This document shows, one piece after another, positions 56,991-64,000 of a stretch of 64,000 nucleotides of DNA (position 1 is its first letter; each line of letters opens with the position of its first letter). Under the pieces are notes generated by a model. The model was not told the origin of the DNA. It saw only the letters and a list, made by a program, of their open reading frames with translations, and ran no database searches. Made by a program: the position numbers and the translations under genes. Source of the stretch: Clostridia bacterium (lineage in GTDB: Bacteria; Bacillota; Clostridia; Oscillospirales; CAG-272); NCBI GenBank assembly GCA_017461385.1, contig JAFTXZ010000002.1, forward strand, positions 38,221 through 102,220. Direction: 5' to 3'.

Positions 56991-58825
56991 GCTTTTTGTA
57001 CCCCTTAGGACTATTGGGACTGATTGGAGTTCCAATTCTTATCATAATTTATGTAATCAAAAACAAGTATATGGAGCAAACCATCTCCACCACATATTTG
57101 TGGAGACTTAGTGAGCGCTTTGAGAAAAAGCGTCGCCGTCGTAATCCATTGGAGGGCTTGCTACCACTTATCCTGCAAATCCTGACGGTTGTGCTTGTAT
57201 CACTTACGATTGCGCATCCCGTATTCAGCATTCCAAACGGTGCAAGCGAGTACACCTTTGTTCTTGATTCCTCGGCCAGCATGAACACTGAAAGGGACGG
57301 GGAGACACGCTTCCAAAGAGGCGTTTTGGAAATTGAAAAATTGATAAATGAAGCATCTGAGGGAAGCACCTTTACTCTTGTTCAGGCAGGAAGCACCACC
57401 TCGGTTCTTTGTGAAAAAATAAGCGACAAGGATATGGCGCTTGAGCTTTTATCTAACGCAAAGCCATCACATAGCATCTCGCAGGAGATTGATGCAATCG
57501 GTATTGCACAGGGTTATTTTGATGAAAATCCAGGTGCCAAAACATATTTTGTAACCGATACAAGCTACGAAAGCGTGGACAACCTTTCAGTAATCAACAC
57601 AGCACAAGGCGAGGTTAACTATGCCTTAAGTCAGGTGGAGCATAGCTTTGGCTCCTCTGGTTATCTTTCCGTTTCTGGTAAGGTGAGCGTTTTTGGTAAG
57701 GATAAGGACAAAATTCACCTTGCACTAACTGTTGATGGAAGTGAGCTTGAAAGACGTGAAATAGAGGTTTCAGCTGGCACTTGGAGCGACTTTTCCTTTA
57801 GTACAGAGCTTACAAGCTTTGAAAGCCTGAGCGTTGCCATTGTGGAAAAGGACGGCTTGAGCCTTGATAACGAGCAAATCATATACGATATAAAGAGCTC
57901 ATCTATTTATAAAACACTTATCGTAAGCGACAGACCCTTCTTTATTGAAATGGCTGTAAAGCATCTTGGTTATAGAAACGTAACAGTTTTGCCAACTAAG
58001 GCATACAAGGAGCAAACAGGCTTTGGATTATACGTCTTTGACTCCTTTAGTCCAGCCCAAGCCCCAACTGATGGTACAATATGGCTAATCAATCCAGATG
58101 GAAAGCTTGACAATATGGGCTTTGGTGTCCGTGACGTGGTTAACGTAGAGGGTGGAGATGGTGAGCTTGTGCTTACCAATTCATCATCAAGTCTGGCAAA
58201 TCGCTTGATAAAGCATCTGGACGGCAAGAGCATTTATATTTCAAGGTATGTGGAATGTGGCTTGTATCGTAATTTTACAACGTTACTTTCATACAACCAA
58301 AATCCAATTGTCTTTGCAGGCACTACGTTGAGCGGAGCTAGGGAAATTGTATTTGCCTTTGACCTTCACGATTCAAATATTGCCTTGACAACTGACTATG
58401 TAATTTTAATGGGCAATTTGCTAAAATACGCCTTCCCGGATATAATTGAGGAGGTAAGCTACACTATTGGTGACAAGGCAGAAATCAATTTGCCAGCAGG
58501 CACTCAAAGCGTAAGGGTAGATAGCCCACTTAAGAACAGCTTTTATCTAAATGCAGGCTCAAGCATTGCAGAGCTAGAGCTTACAGAGGTAGGAGAATAT
58601 ACAATAACTCTTGACAACGATACGGTAATTCACGTGTATGCGTCGCTTGCCGAGGAGGAGTCAGAGATAAATAAGGTAGCCACAAGCCTGTCCTTGCAGG
58701 GCGAAGCAACGGAGCAGGGCTTAGACGGAATATTTGATCCAATGATTATAGTATTCATTCTTTTGGCTATTGTATTCTGCATAGATTGGATGGTTTATTG
58801 CTATGAAAAATATCAACTTCGATAA
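56987..58825 (+). CDS. BatA-like N-terminal membrane domain plus vWA protein
   Basis: MSFLYPLGLLGLIGVPILIIIY...STTYLW, MIDAS VLDSSASM, C-terminal TM; ATGA overlap with DUF58 gene. Confidence 0.88.
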   Translation: MSFLYPLGLLGLIGVPILIIIYVIKNKYMEQTISTTYLWRLSERFEKKRRRRNPLEGLLPLILQILTVVLVSLTIAHPVFSIPNGASEYTFVLDSSASMNTERDGETRFQRGVLEIEKLINEASEGSTFTLVQAGSTTSVLCEKISDKDMALELLSNAKPSHSISQEIDAIGIAQGYFDENPGAKTYFVTDTSYESVDNLSVINTAQGEVNYALSQVEHSFGSSGYLSVSGKVSVFGKDKDKIHLALTVDGSELERREIEVSAGTWSDFSFSTELTSFESLSVAIVEKDGLSLDNEQIIYDIKSSSIYKTLIVSDRPFFIEMAVKHLGYRNVTVLPTKAYKEQTGFGLYVFDSFSPAQAPTDGTIWLINPDGKLDNMGFGVRDVVNVEGGDGELVLTNSSSSLANRLIKHLDGKSIYISRYVECGLYRNFTTLLSYNQNPIVFAGTTLSGAREIVFAFDLHDSNIALTTDYVILMGNLLKYAFPDIIEEVSYTIGDKAEINLPAGTQSVRVDSPLKNSFYLNAGSSIAELELTEVGEYTITLDNDTVIHVYASLAEEESEINKVATSLSLQGEATEQGLDGIFDPMIIVFILLAIVFCIDWMVYCYEKYQLR

Positions 58826-61523
58826 TCCATACCTTCTGCTTGTACTAATACCGCTACTCGTAGCGATTTTAGTTCCATTCTTCATCGCCATAAGAAAGGA
58901 AAACAAATCAAAAAGCGTAATAGCATCACTGTGTATTCATCTTGTAATGGCTATTTGCGTATCTCTTGCAATTGCGGGCATTACCTATAAGGCAACCGTA
59001 ACAAGGACAGAGGTTTACGTTGTAGCCGATGCATCATATTCAACAAACGAAAAGCTAGATTTAGTTGATGAATATATAAGGAAGGTGCAATCCTCCTTGC
59101 CATCAAACACTCAAATGGGTGTGGTAGCCTTTGGTAAGGATTATGTGCTCCACAATGGCTTAGGGGATAGCCTGACAAGCATAAGGGACGCACAAATAGA
59201 TAATAGTGCTACAAATATTTATAGTGCCGTAGACTACGCCTCGGGCTTGTTCAGTGATAACGTTGTCAAGCGTATCGTTTTAATAACTGATGGTGCAGAT
59301 ACGGACGAAAAGGGCATTGATAATATGATTGCTACCGTGGAAAGACTTCATGCGGAGGGAATCCAAATCGATGCAATGTACATAGATAGCAATCTTTCGC
59401 AAAGCACAAGCGAGGCGCAAATTTCAGGTGTAACCTTCAATAAAAAAACCTATCTAAATCACAAAGCTGAGGCAAGCGTGCTTGTACAAAGCTCTGCTGA
59501 TATGAAGGGTGCATTCTTGACACTTACTCAAAGTGGCACACAGATTACAAGAAAGCCAATTGCACTTTCAAAGGGCTTCAACGTGTTTAATTTTGAAATG
59601 CCAACTGATAAGGCAGGGGAATTTGATTACTCCCTCTCTCTCACGCTTCAAAGTGATGCTACTGAGGAGAATAACCATTATGCCTTTACACAAAGCGTTT
59701 CTGATGAGCTTAATGTTTTGTTCATCAGCCAATCAAAGAAGGATCTTGACGGGGCGATTGCTCTTTATGGTGAAAACTCTAAGATATATGCCTATATGGA
59801 CGTTTCTCGTGTTGAGCTAAAGGAAATCAGAAAGTACGAGAATATAACAGTGCTTGAAAAGCTTCCTATGACAATTGAGGAGCTTTGCAAGTATGATGAA
59901 ATTATCTTGTCTGATATGGACGTAAGAGAAATCGAAAACGTTTCCTACTTTATTGATCTTGTCGGCAAGGTTGTTTCTGAGTTTGGCAAAAGCCTTGTAA
60001 CAATAGGCGATATGCAGATTCAAAACAAAACTGATGAATCATTAAAGAAGCTAGAGGAAATGCTTCCTGTACGCTTTGGAAATGATGATGAACAGCCAAA
60101 GCTATATGGAATAGTAATTGACAGCTCACGAAGCATGTACACTGCCTCTCGTCTTGAGGTTGCAAAGAAGGCAGCCTGCTATCTTGTAAATATGCTCAAC
60201 GAGGGAGACTGGGTTGCAGTAATTCAATTCTCAGGTGAAAGCTTCGTTGTTCAAGACCCGATAGAGATAGATAATAAGCAAGAAATTATAGACGAAATCA
60301 ACACAAAGGTTGTGCCAATGCAGGGTACCTACATCGGCGGAGCTCTTGACAAAATCTATAATGAATTTTTCAGAAGCGACGTTGCAACAGAATATAGCTC
60401 AAAGCAGCTTATGCTCATAAGCGACGGCTTGACCTTCACTGCAGAAACTAAGGACGCAGGCGATATGGCTGAGCTTATGTTCAATGACGGAATAGTAACC
60501 TCAGTTCTTAATCCATACAGCAGTGAGATAGATGGTATAAACCTACTTAAGGAGGTTGCCTCCAAGGGAGGTGGAAAGTACTACGAAATATCAGGTGAGG
60601 CAGAGCTTGAAAAGGTTATGTTCTCTGATATTGCAGGCGACGTTACAGAAAGCGTTGTTGAAAAGGAGCTTCAGGTTAGCATAAACAGAAAGGACGACGT
60701 GCTTGATGGCATTGAGTCCGTGCCTAACGTTTACGGCTTTATTCAGTCAACTGCTAAGCCAAGCTCAAGCGTAGTTTTGACCGTTTCACCAAAGAATCCT
60801 GATATAAAGGTTCCATTGTATGCTTACCGTGATTATGGTAATGGAACAGTTTCAAGCCTTACCACCTCACTAAGTGGTGATTGGGTTAAGGATTGGGCAT
60901 CTGATTCTGGCAAGCTACTTATGAATAACATTTTTAACACTAACGTTCCAGAGGAAAAGATAGATTATCCATATCGTCTTGAAATTGAGGACCTTGGTGG
61001 ACATATTAACGTTCAAATAACACCACTTGTAATAAATCCAAATGCGACGGTAACTGCAACGCTTACCCTGCCAAATGGAGAAATTACAGAAAATAAGCTT
61101 GTGTTTGATTCCGAAAAGTATTTCTATAGCTTTAAGGCAGAGGACACAGGTAAGTATAAGCTTAGCATTAAGTATTCCTATTTAGATTACAACCTAACAG
61201 ACGAGGACAACAAGGAGGCGTTTGTAACCTATGAGTCTGTGAACTGCTTTAACAGGTCCTACTCTAAGGAATACGACAGGTTTGAGATTTTCTCACCTGC
61301 AAGCCTTAACTCAACCATAAGACACAGAGGCACAGTAACCGAGGATGGTACAATTAACCTAGAGCCTAGGGAAGAGGACGTTGTGGTTTATACCTTAGAC
61401 CTTGTTCCAATTCTTACAGCCTTGGCAGTTATCCTCTTTGTGGTTGATATAATTGTCAGAAAGATTAAGCTTGCTGATATAACAGGCTTATTCAAGGGTA
61501 AAAGCAAGGAGGTAAAGAAATGA
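58803..61523 (+). CDS. Membrane protein with two vWA domains
   Basis: FDNPYLLLVLIPLL N-terminus, MIDAS VADASYST and VIDSSRSM, LITDG and LISDG, C-terminal TM. Confidence 0.88.
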   Translation: MKNINFDNPYLLLVLIPLLVAILVPFFIAIRKENKSKSVIASLCIHLVMAICVSLAIAGITYKATVTRTEVYVVADASYSTNEKLDLVDEYIRKVQSSLPSNTQMGVVAFGKDYVLHNGLGDSLTSIRDAQIDNSATNIYSAVDYASGLFSDNVVKRIVLITDGADTDEKGIDNMIATVERLHAEGIQIDAMYIDSNLSQSTSEAQISGVTFNKKTYLNHKAEASVLVQSSADMKGAFLTLTQSGTQITRKPIALSKGFNVFNFEMPTDKAGEFDYSLSLTLQSDATEENNHYAFTQSVSDELNVLFISQSKKDLDGAIALYGENSKIYAYMDVSRVELKEIRKYENITVLEKLPMTIEELCKYDEIILSDMDVREIENVSYFIDLVGKVVSEFGKSLVTIGDMQIQNKTDESLKKLEEMLPVRFGNDDEQPKLYGIVIDSSRSMYTASRLEVAKKAACYLVNMLNEGDWVAVIQFSGESFVVQDPIEIDNKQEIIDEINTKVVPMQGTYIGGALDKIYNEFFRSDVATEYSSKQLMLISDGLTFTAETKDAGDMAELMFNDGIVTSVLNPYSSEIDGINLLKEVASKGGGKYYEISGEAELEKVMFSDIAGDVTESVVEKELQVSINRKDDVLDGIESVPNVYGFIQSTAKPSSSVVLTVSPKNPDIKVPLYAYRDYGNGTVSSLTTSLSGDWVKDWASDSGKLLMNNIFNTNVPEEKIDYPYRLEIEDLGGHINVQITPLVINPNATVTATLTLPNGEITENKLVFDSEKYFYSFKAEDTGKYKLSIKYSYLDYNLTDEDNKEAFVTYESVNCFNRSYSKEYDRFEIFSPASLNSTIRHRGTVTEDGTINLEPREEDVVVYTLDLVPILTALAVILFVVDIIVRKIKLADITGLFKGKSKEVKK

Positions 61524-63418
61524 TGAATAAATTCAAATCAGCTCTTGCACTACTCCTTGCAATCCTACTTCTTGCCCTAGCAGGCTGTGGAAGCTACACT
61601 GGTGGAAATCAGGGTGGCAACCAGGGCACTGGTGGTGGACAAGGTCAGGGTGGTGGCAATGGTGGCACAGGCACCCAAGACCCAGACGCACCATTTAGCG
61701 CAAGAGTAATTTTTGATGGCGGATATGTTGATCCAAACACCCTTAACCCATCTGATCCAACTCCTGATGAATTGGAAAAGATAAAGGAAATAAAGGTAAT
61801 TTGGAAAAACGAATTCAATTATTATGAGGGCAAATTTGACGAAAATGGCGTAGCAGTGCCAAGGGATCAAAATGGCGAGATAATAGAGCTTGATGGCGAT
61901 TATCGAGTAACCCTTTCCGCATTGCCAATCGGCTATTCCTACAACCCTAATATTTACAAGGCAACAAACAATTCAAAGGAAACAATAATCCAAATTTACG
62001 ACTATAAGACCACAAGAGGCACAGGTGCTAATCGTTATGATAAGAGTATAAAGCTTAGCAAAATCGGTCTTTATAAGGCAACTCTTGAGGATAAGGATGA
62101 CATTGTTTACTTCCAATTTGAGCCTAAGGAAAGCGGAACCTATGCAATTGAATCCTGGGTTGATATTTCTGCAAATAACGTAAATCCAATTTTGGACGTT
62201 TATAGAGGTCAACCACAGATAAGCTACTTTGCATTTTCAAAGGATGATGGTGCAGAAAGTGAGCAGGGTACCTTTACAACTAACTTCAGATATGAAATAA
62301 GCATAGCTCCCGACGAAATCGGAAATGCACTTATTTTTGGTGTAAGGGCAGACGTAACAGCCTTTGACCAGGAGGAAATTGACATAAGCTTTGTAATCAC
62401 CTTAAATGGTTCTCCTGACCCAAAGGGCAATTCAAGCTCAATGATGGTTCCTTATGAGCTTCTTAATCTTTTGTATGATAAGCTCACAATGCTACAAGCA
62501 ATGACAAAGGAAGAATTTGATGCGTTCATAATTGCAGAGGTTGGAGTTAGTGCTGGAATTGGCGAATATGAAACTCTAAAGGGTCTTGTATTTCCTGAAT
62601 TGAAAATAAGCTACGACGAAGATGGAAACGAAATTAAAGAATACACTAGAAATCATAAGAACCTTTATGATATAATAGAAAATAAAGAGGTAAATGAGGT
62701 CAAATTAAATCGTGTATCAATGTATCTTCACGGCTTGTTTGAGCAAAGCGGCACCTACCACGGCGCTGAAAGTGATATTCTTGGCGCAGAGGGCAGAAAG
62801 CTATTCGATCAGGAAATGTATCAAATATGCCCTGATGATGGCTTCTATCATTTGTTTGACCCAGTGAAATATGCTTCTACTAACGGCTATGGACCAATTC
62901 TATATGCTGACGTAGCCACGGGTGGCAGATTCCTTGATAGCGCGCTAATTGGCATTGAGTATGCAGGAAATAAGGCACTAACCGTTGATGGTTCAAAGAA
63001 CTATAAGCATTTTCTTGAGGGCTATACCTCGTTAATCACACCACGTGGCGCATATCCTAACATTATAGGCGCATACTATTGCGTTTATCTTGGAGAAGGA
63101 CATCCTGGCGAGGTAAATAATTGTCCTTGCATTAAAAAATCCAACTGTGACAGAGCATGCCTTGATGGCTGTAAGGACTGCACGGATGAATGTAGGGCGA
63201 TTGTGCCAAATCTTTATTATGCGGTTGGATATGGCGACCTTGCAAATAGCGATGGTCGAGTACCGGTAACCAAGGAGCTAAAGGACTTTTTGCAATCCTT
63301 TAGCGTATCACAAAGATACTTTGCAGACGGAAACGGCTGGGTTGAAACAAATTCAACATATTCCGTTGACGCACCGGAGGATAGCCAATGGCTTTGGGCT
63401 TGTGGCTATTATGAATAA
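61520..63418 (+). CDS. Lipoprotein with Gly-rich linker and Cys cluster
   Basis: Lipobox LAGC, GGNQGGNQGTGGGQG linker, CPCIKKSNCDRACLDGCKDCTDEC. Confidence 0.8.
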   Translation: MMNKFKSALALLLAILLLALAGCGSYTGGNQGGNQGTGGGQGQGGGNGGTGTQDPDAPFSARVIFDGGYVDPNTLNPSDPTPDELEKIKEIKVIWKNEFNYYEGKFDENGVAVPRDQNGEIIELDGDYRVTLSALPIGYSYNPNIYKATNNSKETIIQIYDYKTTRGTGANRYDKSIKLSKIGLYKATLEDKDDIVYFQFEPKESGTYAIESWVDISANNVNPILDVYRGQPQISYFAFSKDDGAESEQGTFTTNFRYEISIAPDEIGNALIFGVRADVTAFDQEEIDISFVITLNGSPDPKGNSSSMMVPYELLNLLYDKLTMLQAMTKEEFDAFIIAEVGVSAGIGEYETLKGLVFPELKISYDEDGNEIKEYTRNHKNLYDIIENKEVNEVKLNRVSMYLHGLFEQSGTYHGAESDILGAEGRKLFDQEMYQICPDDGFYHLFDPVKYASTNGYGPILYADVATGGRFLDSALIGIEYAGNKALTVDGSKNYKHFLEGYTSLITPRGAYPNIIGAYYCVYLGEGHPGEVNNCPCIKKSNCDRACLDGCKDCTDECRAIVPNLYYAVGYGDLANSDGRVPVTKELKDFLQSFSVSQRYFADGNGWVETNSTYSVDAPEDSQWLWACGYYE

Positions 63419-63478
63419 GCTTAAATAGTGTGCAGTGCACACGTTTAATAAAATTTTATTTTAAGGAGGCACTCTATT

Positions 63479-64000
63479 ATGAAAAGAGGCTTAGCGTTAA
63501 TTCTTTCCGTAATGATGGTAGCAGTGCTTGTATTTGCACTCGCATCCTGCGGAGATACGCACGAACACACCTTTAGTGACAAGTGGGAAATTGACGAAAA
63601 TAACCACTGGCACAAGGCAACGTGTGAGCATACCGACGCTATCGCATCAAAGGGCGGTCACGTTGACGAAGACGAGGACGGCGCTTGCGATATGTGTGGA
63701 AATGGTGAGGTTCACATGCACAAGTACACAGATGCTTGGACATCTGATGAAACAGGACACTGGCACATGGCAATATGCGATGGTTGCACAGACGTTAAGG
63801 GCGACGTATACAAGCACTTTAACGAAAACGGCGACGGCGCATGCGACCTTTGTGGCTACGCAGTATGCTACTCGGTAACAGTAAACGCTCCAGAAGTAGT
63901 TGATGCTCCAGCAGTAGTTTACGTTGACAAGACAACAGGCACAGCAACATTTGAGGTTTCAGTTTCTGACCTCTATGTTCTATCAGCAACAGGTGCTACA
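63479..64000 (+). CDS. Lipoprotein with His/Cys-rich repeats, 3' truncated by window edge (absent from ORF track)
   Basis: AAGGAGG RBS; hand translation MKRGLALILSVMMVAVLVFALASCGDTHEHTFSDKWEIDENNHWHKATC..., open to the window end. Confidence 0.88.
   Translation, partial: MKRGLALILSVMMVAVLVFALASCGDTHEHTFSDKWEIDENNHWHKATCEHTDAIASKGGHVDEDEDGACDMCGNGEVHMHKYTDAWTSDETGHWHMAICDGCTDVKGDVYKHFNENGDGACDLCGYAVCYSVTVNAPEVVDAPAVVYVDKTTGTATFEVSVSDLYVLSATGAT

Noticed and set aside
1283-62430. Numerous 60-220 aa antisense or alternative-frame ORFs inside long genes
   Set aside because: Fully nested in well-supported CDSs, with no RBS or motifs; expected shadow ORFs
63528-63878. 116-aa ORF in the track
   Set aside because: Out-of-frame shadow of the lipoprotein starting at 63479

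Overview
AT-rich bacterial DNA whose gene content and sigma-A promoters point to a gut or rumen Clostridia (Bacillota) genome; the taxon is my inference. Housekeeping genes (CdaR-type regulator, S41 protease, greA, lysS, melA, trpS, dGTPase, tRNA-Gln-CTG) are interleaved with accessory blocks. (1) 4.2-15 kb holds an MmeI-like R-M relic, two secreted LRR proteins sharing an unrecognised C-terminal domain, and a radical SAM/SPASM enzyme with non-canonical Cys spacing flanked by two proteins that start with the identical peptide MKIRTDFVTNSSSSSFVA. (2) 17.5-23.2 kb is a divergent four-gene module after trpS: degenerate RelA/SpoT, XRE-HTH, TPR-like protein and an orphan soluble VirD4-like ATPase. 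(3) 28.5-29.7 kb is a structured repeat complex built on copies of the tRNA-Gln 3' end. (4) 30.0-53.2 kb, the best candidate for an undescribed system, is a 10-gene operon: Hsp70-like ATPase, SNF2 helicase, Cys-rich protein, 5-TM/MBG-repeat surface protein, Zn-ribbon/Sel1 protein, coiled-coil protein, pseudo-AAA/HExxH peptidase, DUF4011-SF1 helicase, helical Gly-tailed protein and AAA+ ATPase. (5) 53.6-64 kb is a MoxR-DUF58-vWA operon with lipoproteins. I found no integrase, transposase, CRISPR array or rRNA. All family calls come from reading motifs by eye; no database search was run.
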